DNA from: Synechococcus elongatus PCC 6301
Lineage (GTDB): Bacteria; Cyanobacteriota; Cyanobacteriia; Synechococcales; Synechococcaceae
Direction of reading: 5' to 3'
Assembly: GCF_000010065.1 (NCBI RefSeq)
Contig: NC_006576.1
Coordinates: 510,001 to 542,000 of the forward strand
Length of the DNA: 32,000 nucleotides
A program made the translations under genes and the position numbers. Shown in pieces: positions 11,292 to 19,652 of the stretch (position 1 is the stretch's first letter; each line of letters starts with the position of its first letter). The notes under the pieces were generated by a model that saw only the letters and a program-made list of their open reading frames with translations, did no database searches and had not been told where the DNA came from.

Positions 11292-11618
11292 GTGCCTCGT
11301 TTTCTGCGCTGCTTGCCCCGATCGCTAGCCATCAGTGGCTTGAGTTGCAGTTGCTGGAGCTGGGGGGCGATCGCCTCTCCGCTCCCCATCGAAAGACAGG
11401 GTAGTTGTCCTCTGGGCTACTACGCCTCCGGCAGCTACTGTGTCCCGGGGCGGCAAGCGCGACCCGCCGTCCTCAAGCTCGGTAATTGTCCAGTGGGCTG
11501 GTACGCCTCCGGTAACTATTGCCTGGCTAGCCAGACGGCTCGGCCTGTGATCCCTAAGCTTGGATCCTGTCCTATCGGCAGCTATGCCAACGGCAACTAC
11601 TGTGTGCTGACTCGCTAG
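11292..11618 (+). CDS. small exported Cys-rich protein with three tandem 27-aa C-x10-C repeats (hypothetical)
   Basis: The track ORF 11175..11618 begins at TTG and has no internal ATG. In-frame GTG at 11292 would give a basic, hydrophobic signal-like N-terminus (PRFLRCLPRSLAISGLSCSCWSWGAIASP). The repeats are G[SN]CP.G.YA[SN]G[SN]YC at 11400-11480, 11481-11561 and 11562-11615. The start codon is uncertain. Confidence 0.5.
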   Translation: MPRFLRCLPRSLAISGLSCSCWSWGAIASPLPIERQGSCPLGYYASGSYCVPGRQARPAVLKLGNCPVGWYASGNYCLASQTARPVIPKLGSCPIGSYANGNYCVLTR

Positions 11619-11627
11619 TGATCGTGC

Positions 11628-13004
11628 CTAGGCAACTGGGGCCGAGTGGGTTTCGCCAACGTGAACCGTCTTCACCCAGCGCAGTTGTTTAGGCCAGAAG
11701 GCCATGCGCATGGTGGTATAGGCCATCACTGGAATCCAGTGCAGCATGTAGATCACACCCAACAGGCTTTGTCCGATTGGCAGGGGATTGCGAGCCTCAT
11801 GCGATCGCGCTTGCCGGATGCCACGCAACAGACTGATCAGCGTCAAGCCCACGGTCAGACCTGCCAAAGGACCATAGAGGGGCGATCGCTTCAGGATCAG
11901 CGCCAAGGCCAAGTCAGGAATAGCAGCGGTCGGCAGGATGTATTGGGTCAACCAGAAAATCGCTAAGTCGACGCTCCGCTGCGGTCCTAAACGGTTGCGG
12001 ACCAACCAAGGCCAATAGTCGAGGTAGCGTTGGTAGCCCCCTTCGGCCCAGCGACGCCGCTGATGCCAGAGCGCCAGACTGCGAACCACCCCTTCTTCTT
12101 GCACGGCGGGATGGATGCAACAGTCAATCCACCAGTGATCAAGATGCAGCCGGAAGGCCAAATCAAGATCGTCGGTAATCGTCTCTTCGTTGAAGCCGCC
12201 GCAGCGCTCGAGGGCGGCTCGCCGGATAAATTGCCCGTTTCCGCGCAGTTCACCAATCCCCCCAATCGCGACCCGCTGTTGTTGCAGGTAAGCATCGAGC
12301 ATCATTTCGACGGTTTGGCCGCGAGTCCAGAAGTTGGTGCCACTATTGGCGATCGCTTTGCGGACCTGCACGGCTCCTAGTTGAGGTTGCTGGAAGCGCG
12401 GCAGCACCTGCTGGAGCAGATCTACTGGAGCTTGGGCATCGGCGTCAAAGACGGCAATGAACTCACCCTGGGTCTGGGGCCAAACTTCATTGAGAGCGCC
12501 TGATTTACCACCGGGAGCGCCCGCCTGTCGCTGGTGCACCCGCAGTTGGGGATAGTGGCTTTGGAGCTCTGCTAAGCGATCGGGCGTGGCGTCGGTGCTG
12601 GCATCGTCGATCACCCAAACCTCGAGGCGATCGCTGGGATAGTCCAAGGAACAAAGGTTGTGAACCAAGCGCTCAATGACTTCGGCCTCGTTTTTGGCAG
12701 CAACAAGCAGAGAAACCTGGGGCCAGTCTTGGCGATCGCTGGGTAACGCCACAACTTCAGCATGACGGTGGGCACCCATCAGCCGCAGGAAATGGATGCC
12801 CAACCCCAGGGCGATCGCCCAAACGATCGGGGCACCCCACAGGCTGAGATGCAGGGCAGCAGTAAGCCCCCATACGGCAACCAAGACTACGGCAGCCTTG
12901 CGGCGGCGACCAGCAGTGTATTGGTAGTAGTCAATCTCGGGAGCAGATGACAACGCCACAGGAGAAGGGGTGACAGTCGCATCCAAGGGTGAATTGAGAG
13001 GCAT
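11628..13004 (-). CDS. membrane-bound family-2 glycosyltransferase (possibly the monoglucosyldiacylglycerol synthase MgdA type)
   Basis: GT2 motifs are present: VWVIDDASTDAT, FDADA and QRRRWAEGG (Q-x2-RW). TM helices lie at both ends. The track ORF starts at TTG 13043; the first ATG is at 13002-13004. Confidence 0.8.
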   Translation of the reverse strand: MPLNSPLDATVTPSPVALSSAPEIDYYQYTAGRRRKAAVVLVAVWGLTAALHLSLWGAPIVWAIALGLGIHFLRLMGAHRHAEVVALPSDRQDWPQVSLLVAAKNEAEVIERLVHNLCSLDYPSDRLEVWVIDDASTDATPDRLAELQSHYPQLRVHQRQAGAPGGKSGALNEVWPQTQGEFIAVFDADAQAPVDLLQQVLPRFQQPQLGAVQVRKAIANSGTNFWTRGQTVEMMLDAYLQQQRVAIGGIGELRGNGQFIRRAALERCGGFNEETITDDLDLAFRLHLDHWWIDCCIHPAVQEEGVVRSLALWHQRRRWAEGGYQRYLDYWPWLVRNRLGPQRSVDLAIFWLTQYILPTAAIPDLALALILKRSPLYGPLAGLTVGLTLISLLRGIRQARSHEARNPLPIGQSLLGVIYMLHWIPVMAYTTMRMAFWPKQLRWVKTVHVGETHSAPVA

Positions 13005-13286
13005 GGGCAGCGTTGCCGCTAGGGAGCAGTGAACAGGCGTCAAGTCTCTCTGTTCTTATCACAGCCTTCGCTGATTCGGCGGTCGACCCCAGAGGGCGAT
13101 CGCGCTTCATTCCAGTTCTGGACTGCAATCTTGCTTACAATCGGTGATCCCCCGCGCGATCGCTGAAGCCATCTCTTCAACAGCGCGCAAAAAGGGCGGT
13201 GAGCCAACTCAATGAGGGGAGGCTAGGGAGCAGCAGGCAAGGTTGTAAACCCGCTCAATCCAACTCCGTTCCGGATCGGTTTGGTA

Positions 13287-16067
13287 TCAATACCGACGCT
13301 GGCGCACCCACTTTTCAGCTTCGAGGTACACAAAGAGCAGGAGACTGAAGCCCAGACAAATCGCCAGATCGAGCTGGCTGAGGCTATGGGTGCCAAAGAA
13401 CTTCTGAAGCGGGGATACATAAACCAGAGCAAGCTGGAGCAACGCCGTCACAATGACCGAGAGCCAGAGCCAAGGGTTCGTTCGCATCGGTGTTTGGATG
13501 GTTAAGAGATCACTGCGCACTGGGATCGCATGTCCCATCTGGGCCAAGCACAACGTCGTAAACACCATCGTTTGCCAGCGCTTCGGATCTAGCCCCGGTA
13601 ACGGAACCTGCGTGTATTGGTAAGCAATCACCATCAGCACAATCGTGAAGGCCGAGAAGACAACCCCGACCCGCAGCATGTAAGTGCCCAGTCCCCGCGC
13701 AAAAATACTCTCTTGCGGATTGTGAGGCCGGCGCTGCATGATCGTTGGGTCGCCGGGCTCAACTGCCAAAGCCAAAGCGGGAATGCCATCCGTGACCAGG
13801 TTCATCCAGAGGATTTGCAGGGGTGTTAGGGGAACCGCGCCCAAACCTAAAAGCGGGGCGCTAGCGATCGTTAACAGCTCGCCGATGTTGCTGCCGAGAA
13901 TGTACTTAATAAATTTGCGAATGTTGCCGTAGACAATGCGGCCTTCTTCCACTGCCGCCACAATAGTGGCAAAGTTATCGTCCAGCAGAACCATATCGCT
14001 GGCTTCTTTGCTGACATCGGTGCCCGTAATTCCCATCGCCACACCGATATTGGCCTGCTTCAGGGCGGGGGCGTCATTGACGCCGTCGCCGGTCATGGCA
14101 ACAAATTCCCCTTGGCGTTGGAGCGACTCAACGATCCGCAGTTTGTGCTCAGGAGCCACTCGAGCATAAACTTCCACCGATCGCACAGCGGCATCGAGTT
14201 CAGCCCCATTCATGGCTGAGAGTTGTTGCCCCGTCAGAACGGGATGGCCCACTTCCGTGATGCCTAAATCCCGGGCGATCGCCTGAGCAGTGAGCGGGTG
14301 ATCGCCAGTGATCATCAGTGTGCGAATGCCGGCTTGCCGACAGCGCTGGACCGCCTCTCGGACTTCTGGGCGCGGCGCATCAATCTGACCCATCAAGCCC
14401 AGCCAAGTCAGATCTGTCTCGGCATCCTCATCCACATCCGCGATCGCCGAGGGACGGTAGGCAAACCCCAAAACGCGCATTCCTGCGCTGGCCATGGCTT
14501 CTCCTGCTGCCAAGATCTGCTGGCGTGTAGCGGCAGTGAGTGACTCAAGCTGGGCATTACCAAAGCAATGCTGACAGCGTTCTAAGATCAGCTCCGCTGA
14601 ACCTTTGACGAAGAGGACGTAGGGTTGCCCTTCCCGAATCGTTAGGGTCGTCTCTCCCAGATCAGCCACCACCACACTCATGCGCTTCCGCTCAGAGGTG
14701 AAGGGGATCTCATCCTGGCGTGGTAGCACCCGCTGTAGTCCTTCCGGGTCAATTCCTGCCTTCGCAGCCACGGTCAGCAGCGAACCTTCCGTGGGATCGC
14801 CCACAATGCTCCAGTGCTCGCCGCTGGCCACCAACGCTGCATCATTGCAGACCGCTCCCGCGGCCAACAACAGCATCAGGTCGCGATAGTCGTTCGGGAC
14901 AATAATTTCACCCCCAATCAAAAAATGGCCCGCTGGCACATAGCCCTCGCCCGTCACCGTGAAATCGTGGTCGAGAGTATGGATCTGCTGCACCACCATC
15001 TTGTTTTGGGTCAGCGTGCCGGTCTTATCGGAACAGATGGTTGTGACTGAGCCAAGCGTTTCCACGGCGGGTAAGCGCCGAATCAAACTTTCGCGTTGCA
15101 CCATGCGCTGAGTCCCGATCGCCAGTGCCACGGTGATCACAGCGGGTAGCCCTTCTGGCACGATCGCCACTGCCATGCTCAGGCCAACGGAGAGCAAATC
15201 CTCCCAAGACTGACCATTCAGCACCCCCAAACCAACGACAATCGCCACCAGGATCAAAGCGCCGCTGACCAGTACATTGCCCAACTTGTCCAAGCGCTGC
15301 TGAAGCGGCGTCTTTTCACTCTCTACACTTTGGAGCAACGTCGCAATCCGCCCCAGCTCTGTGTTCATGCCCGTGGCATAGACCAAAGCCTGACCACGGC
15401 CCTGCAGGACTTCCGTCCCTTGAAACAGACAGTTCGTGCGATCGCCAATCACCACATCGGTCGGCAATTGCTGATCCGCCAGCTTCTGCACCGCTTCGGC
15501 CTCGCCAGGTAGCGCCGACTCTTTCACCTGCAAGTTGGCACTTTCGACCAAGCGCGCGTCTGCCGGTACTTGGTCGCCTGCCTCCAACAGGATCAGATCA
15601 CCGGGTACTAAGCCTGCGACGGGGATTTCCTGATCGCGATTGTCGCGCCGCACCCGAACCAAAGGAGCCGCCATGCCTTTGAGTGCAGCCAACGCCTTCT
15701 CAGCGCGGCTTTCTTGCAGATAACCCAGCACCGCATTCAGAACCGCGATCACCAAAATTGCGATCGCATCCTTGGGAAATTGGCCATCTCTCAGGTCTAG
15801 CGCTCCAGAGACTACAGCCACCGCTAGCAGCATCAACAACATGATGTTGGCGAACTGGTCCCACAGAATCTGCAATGGGCTGCGGCCTGCTTGCTCCACC
15901 AATTCATTGGGGCCATACAGCGCTAGGCGATCGGCAGCAACTTCAGCAGTTAAGCCATTTCGATGAGCATCGAGCTGTTGATGACATTCCTCAACGGTCA
16001 AACTATGCCAGTGAGCGATCGGCTGGCGAACATCAGTCAACGAGGCTGACACAATAGCACCCTTCAT
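13287..16067 (-). CDS. pacL: cation-transporting P-type ATPase, type IIA (Ca2+-ATPase-like, PacL)
   Basis: 926 aa. The phosphorylation motif [11 protein letters not shown] is present, along with MITGDH, the hinge [22 protein letters not shown] and 10-TM-type hydrophobic blocks. It matches my recollection of pacL from Synechococcus PCC 7942. Confidence 0.9.
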   Translation of the reverse strand: MKGAIVSASLTDVRQPIAHWHSLTVEECHQQLDAHRNGLTAEVAADRLALYGPNELVEQAGRSPLQILWDQFANIMLLMLLAVAVVSGALDLRDGQFPKDAIAILVIAVLNAVLGYLQESRAEKALAALKGMAAPLVRVRRDNRDQEIPVAGLVPGDLILLEAGDQVPADARLVESANLQVKESALPGEAEAVQKLADQQLPTDVVIGDRTNCLFQGTEVLQGRGQALVYATGMNTELGRIATLLQSVESEKTPLQQRLDKLGNVLVSGALILVAIVVGLGVLNGQSWEDLLSVGLSMAVAIVPEGLPAVITVALAIGTQRMVQRESLIRRLPAVETLGSVTTICSDKTGTLTQNKMVVQQIHTLDHDFTVTGEGYVPAGHFLIGGEIIVPNDYRDLMLLLAAGAVCNDAALVASGEHWSIVGDPTEGSLLTVAAKAGIDPEGLQRVLPRQDEIPFTSERKRMSVVVADLGETTLTIREGQPYVLFVKGSAELILERCQHCFGNAQLESLTAATRQQILAAGEAMASAGMRVLGFAYRPSAIADVDEDAETDLTWLGLMGQIDAPRPEVREAVQRCRQAGIRTLMITGDHPLTAQAIARDLGITEVGHPVLTGQQLSAMNGAELDAAVRSVEVYARVAPEHKLRIVESLQRQGEFVAMTGDGVNDAPALKQANIGVAMGITGTDVSKEASDMVLLDDNFATIVAAVEEGRIVYGNIRKFIKYILGSNIGELLTIASAPLLGLGAVPLTPLQILWMNLVTDGIPALALAVEPGDPTIMQRRPHNPQESIFARGLGTYMLRVGVVFSAFTIVLMVIAYQYTQVPLPGLDPKRWQTMVFTTLCLAQMGHAIPVRSDLLTIQTPMRTNPWLWLSVIVTALLQLALVYVSPLQKFFGTHSLSQLDLAICLGFSLLLFVYLEAEKWVRQRRY

Positions 16068-16103
16068 TTTCGATCAGGACAAGCAGACAGCTGAAAAGTG
16101 TCA

Positions 16104-16124
16104 ATTGCCGATAGCTATGGCAAT
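16104..16124. promoter_or_regulatory. 21-bp dyad ATTGCC-G-ATAGCTAT-GGCAAT in the pacL 5' region (candidate operator or 5'-UTR hairpin)
   Basis: The outer 6-bp arms ATTGCC/GGCAAT flank the perfect 8-bp palindrome ATAGCTAT. The dyad lies 37-57 nt upstream of the pacL ATG (16067, minus strand). Confidence 0.3.
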
Positions 16125-16393
16125 CAAGTTGAGTTCTGGCAGCAGTATTTCGAGGCAGAGTCAGGTGAGAAATTGGCCTTTTTCGCCCAGAGCATCTCCG
16201 ACTAAGACCCCGAAGGACAACCGAGAGGCGGTTAACTAGGATCCTGCGATCGCCGAGGCTAACCCAGTATTCTCATGGCTACTAAGACCTTGACTCTGTG
16301 ATTATCCACGAATAATCCTCAAAAATGATCATCAGCACTAAAAATTCGTGCTAGATTGAGATAGTGATTAAAATTAGGGAATCAAGTGTTTTT

Positions 16394-16426
16394 GGAAAAC
16401 TGGTTTTCCTTGTGTTTGCATGCAAA
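16394..16426. promoter_or_regulatory. two adjacent perfect palindromes, GGAAAAC-TG-GTTTTCC and TTTGCATGCAAA, in an AT-rich non-coding gap
   Basis: Read directly at 16394-16409 and 16415-16426. AAAAATTTT-type motifs follow at about 16459-16475 and 16497-16512. No ORF explains them. Confidence 0.3.
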
Positions 16427-16971
16427 GAAAATTGAAATTTCCGCCAATGATGCGCAGCGTAAAAAATTTTCAGTAGGGGCATAGATTAATCCAGCCATAA
16501 AAATTTTTCAAAAGAAAAACTCGGCCTTGTTATTCAGGCTTTTCAGCTCATTTGACCTGGCAGACTAGACCTTAATACTGAGTCCTAACAATCTTTTTAT
16601 TCAACTCTAGTAGCAACAGCTTATAAAACTTAAGCCCTCTCGAGACTCTTGGATTATTTCACTGCTTGGGCCTCCAGTCTCTAGACACTGCTCAGTCGCT
16701 AGTACACAGGAATAAACAGTAGTTGTACCCATCAAGACCAATACAGTAAATTGCACAGCAGAAATTAAGCCTGTTGCCAAAGCGGTCAAAGAGAAAATGA
16801 GACCAGGAACCCCGCGTAGGATTCAACCAAGGATGGCAATTTTAGGATTCTTACCTGCAGCCCAATCCACAGCCTGAATTCCTGAATAGCAGACTGGTGA
16901 GCTTAGCAGTCTTGTGAGGAGGCATGGGGTCGCCGGTCAGCTCTAGTCCCTGAAAACCAGTCGTCGAAGGT

Positions 16972-17673
16972 CTATTGAGGGAGTTGACTAAGTGCTTGAT
17001 TTTCACCGACAACGATCAAGGCATCTGCCTCAGCTAATTCGGTGTCTGGGTGAGGATTAACGATTAGCTCTTCACCGCGCTGAATCGCTAAGAGAGTGAC
17101 GTTGTAACGACTACGCAAAGCCAGCTGCGACAAACTTTGTCCAATAAATGGAGATGGCACATGAACTTCAACCAGACTGTGATCAGGGGAGAGATCAAAG
17201 CGGGCTAAGACGGCGGGAGCAGTGAGCGATCGCGCTAGCTGAGCACCCATTTCATCTTCAGGGAAAATGACGAGATCCGCGCCGACGCGCTCTAGCAGCT
17301 TGCCATGGACACTGGTAGAAGCTTTAGAGATAACGTGGGGTACTTTTCCTTCTTTGAGGTTGAGCGTTGTAATGATGCTGGCTTCGATGTAGCTTCCAAT
17401 TGCGACAATCACTACATCAAATTCGAGAACCCCCGCTTCTTGCAGAGCTGAATAATCGGTTGTATCCAAAGATAAGCCATGGGAGAGAGCACCGGACTCA
17501 AGTGCTGCATTAACCACTTCGTGATCGTGATCAATGCCTAGAACTTCATGACCCAACTCATGCAAGGTTCTACAAATCGCGCTTCCAAAACGGCCGAGGC
17601 CAATCACAGCATACTGTTTACGATCTTTTGAGAGACGGCGCAAGAATTTCCAAGTACTTTGCTGAACAGTCAT
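16972..17673 (-). CDS. ktrA: K+ uptake system peripheral subunit KtrA (TrkA-N/TrkA-C, RCK domains)
   Basis: 233 aa. The Rossmann motif is VIGLGRFGSAICRTL, with a C-terminal TrkA-C-like segment. It lies 6 nt downstream of ktrB. Confidence 0.8.
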   Translation of the reverse strand: MTVQQSTWKFLRRLSKDRKQYAVIGLGRFGSAICRTLHELGHEVLGIDHDHEVVNAALESGALSHGLSLDTTDYSALQEAGVLEFDVVIVAIGSYIEASIITTLNLKEGKVPHVISKASTSVHGKLLERVGADLVIFPEDEMGAQLARSLTAPAVLARFDLSPDHSLVEVHVPSPFIGQSLSQLALRSRYNVTLLAIQRGEELIVNPHPDTELAEADALIVVGENQALSQLPQ

Positions 17674-17679
17674 TCTGGT

Positions 17680-19023
17680 TTAACCAACGAGTAATTCTTC
17701 TTCGGGATAACGCAGACGCGATCGGTGGGGATCTCCAAGCAAAGCTTGCATGAGTAGTAAGATTCCAACCCTGCCGATGTACATTAAAGCAATTAAAACG
17801 AGTTGAACACCTGCATTGGCTGTCGCTGTCACTCCCAGATCAAGGCCGACTGTTGCAAATGCAGAAACTGCCTCGAAGAGAAGTTGAATAAATTCCAAGT
17901 CCCGATCAAAAACTGCCATGATTAGCGTTCCCAAAATAATTGTAAAGGAAGAGCCAACCACGACTGCTGTTGCTTTTTGAACAATCCTCTGAGGAATTTG
18001 CCGTTGAAACATTAGAACTGACTCACGACCTCGCAGGACTGAAATTGTACAGCCAATCAAGATAGCTAGAGCCGTTGTTTTCACACCGCCCCCTGTCCCA
18101 CCAGGACTTGCACCTATGAACATGAGAGCGATCGTCACCATCTGTGCAAATAAACTCATTTGAGTTTGATCAATGGTGTTAAATCCTGCTGTACGGGGTG
18201 TCACGGTTTGAAACCAAGCCGCGAGCATTGGATCGTTAATCGGTAGAGGGCCCAACGTTTTGGGATTCAAATGTTCAGCACCAGGAAACAGGAGCCAACC
18301 TCCTATCAACAATCCCAAGGTAGTGAGAATAGCCAAACGAAAATGCAGGCTAAGAGGTGATAAGCGCCGTTTGCCTTTTAACAACTGCCAGCCTTCTAAA
18401 ATAACAGGATAACCAATCCCTCCAAGAACAATTAGAATCGCGATGATCCAATTGACCCGAAGAGATCCGACAAATCCAACTAGGTTATCAGGATAGATGC
18501 TGAAGCCAGCATTGTTGAATGCACTTACACTATGGAAGATTGCCGACCACGCTGCTCCCATCAATGTCTCATGGCGTGACATGAGCGGGGTAAAAAGAGC
18601 GATCGCTCCAACAGTTTCACAAGCTAATGTTGCGATCGCAATCGCTCTGAGAACCTGCCGAATTTGAGCCATGCCTGATCGATCGAGAGACTGCTGAATA
18701 GCAACTTTATCGCGTAGACCAAAGCGCAGTCCCAGTAGCATCAGCAGAAAAGTTGTAGCAGTCATATAGCCTAATCCACCGACTTGAATGAGCAGGATCA
18801 GAACTAATTGACCAAAGGGAGAAAAGTAGGTCCCAACATCAACAACCGATAGTCCCGTTACACAGACTGCAGAAGTTGAGGTGAACAGAGCAGGCAGCCA
18901 CCCGCCCCACTGCCCGCTTGATTGTGACCATGGCAACATCAACAAAAATGTGCCTGCCAAAATAACTGCCAGAAAACCTAGACTAATTGTCCTAGGCACT
19001 GTCAGTCGCCAAGACCTTTGCAT
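17680..19023 (-). CDS. ktrB: K+ transporter membrane subunit KtrB (TrkH/KtrB family)
   Basis: 447 aa and polytopic. It has repeated M1-P-M2 units with selectivity-filter-like glycines (TSAVCVTGLS, SAFNNAGFS, TPRTAGFN, ATVGLDLG). Confidence 0.8.
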   Translation of the reverse strand: MQRSWRLTVPRTISLGFLAVILAGTFLLMLPWSQSSGQWGGWLPALFTSTSAVCVTGLSVVDVGTYFSPFGQLVLILLIQVGGLGYMTATTFLLMLLGLRFGLRDKVAIQQSLDRSGMAQIRQVLRAIAIATLACETVGAIALFTPLMSRHETLMGAAWSAIFHSVSAFNNAGFSIYPDNLVGFVGSLRVNWIIAILIVLGGIGYPVILEGWQLLKGKRRLSPLSLHFRLAILTTLGLLIGGWLLFPGAEHLNPKTLGPLPINDPMLAAWFQTVTPRTAGFNTIDQTQMSLFAQMVTIALMFIGASPGGTGGGVKTTALAILIGCTISVLRGRESVLMFQRQIPQRIVQKATAVVVGSSFTIILGTLIMAVFDRDLEFIQLLFEAVSAFATVGLDLGVTATANAGVQLVLIALMYIGRVGILLLMQALLGDPHRSRLRYPEEELLVG

Positions 19024-19145
19024 AAATTGCGAAAACAGGGACTTGTCTAAGCTACCTCGAAAGAGACCTCACAGCCTAGATAGAGCAATTGCCCCTTGCA
19101 GGTAAAACCAAGAGACTAGAAATATGAAGCCAGCAGTTGATTGCT

Positions 19146-19331
19146 TCAGAAAGAACGCTTGCGAATTGCAAGACACTCCGCAATCATAGGAGCCAGCATC
19201 CAGCCAATCTGTGAGGTCAGAGCGATCGCAGTCGCCACCCAAGAATGATGACTCAAAAAAGTCGGAAGATCTGAAATCAGTAGACAGCCAATAAAACTTA
19301 AAAATACCGATTGTGTCCAACCGTTATTCAT
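19146..19331 (-). CDS. possible small two-TM membrane protein upstream of ktrB
   Basis: 61-aa ORF with an ATG start: MNNGWTQSVFLSFIGCLLISDLPTFLSHHSWVATAIALTSQIGWMLAPMIAECLAIRKRSF. It is co-oriented with ktrB. There is no clear SD and no family was recognised. A competing ORF exists in another frame (19069..19320). Confidence 0.3.
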   Translation of the reverse strand: MNNGWTQSVFLSFIGCLLISDLPTFLSHHSWVATAIALTSQIGWMLAPMIAECLAIRKRSF

Positions 19332-19652
19332 CGATCTAATAATAGACTCTCGATCTAAAATCTCTGATCAAATTTAGTGATGATGTAGCCTCTGCTACCA
19401 ATCGATTGAACTTAATAATCAACTTCTTACGTTGACCTGATTTGCCTATCGTTCCCATCCCCAAGATAAGTATTTTTGCTTAGATGCTGTTGAACATAGA
19501 CGATTGTCTCTGGTCTAAGATGTCATTTGATTCTTATTTTATGGTGTTTGCATACCAGGGTTAATCGTAAAAGTTTTAGATGTCTTGCGGATGCACTGAT
19601 TAGCTCTGAATCTGCTAGATCCTGAGGCCATAGTCTGTACATACAATTGTTG

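Noticed and set aside
16607-16789. 60-aa minus-strand ORF inside the 0.9-kb gap.
   Set aside because: It has a TTG start, no SD-like sequence and no recognisable family, and it lies in AT-rich DNA where such ORFs arise by chance. It is kept only as a remote possibility under the gap finding.
16902-16915. Exact 14-mer CTTAGCAGTCTTGT shared with 25596-25609.
   Set aside because: The flanks show no further similarity. One or more exact 14-mer coincidences are expected by chance among all position pairs in 32 kb on both strands.
19024-19652. Possible c-di-AMP (ydaO/kimA-type) or other riboswitch in the long leader upstream of ktrB.
   Set aside because: I read the minus-strand leader and found none of the conserved G-rich/ACGGGG-type cores or the pseudo-symmetric helices expected for ydaO. 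The region is simply AT-rich. A covariance-model scan would be needed to exclude it formally.
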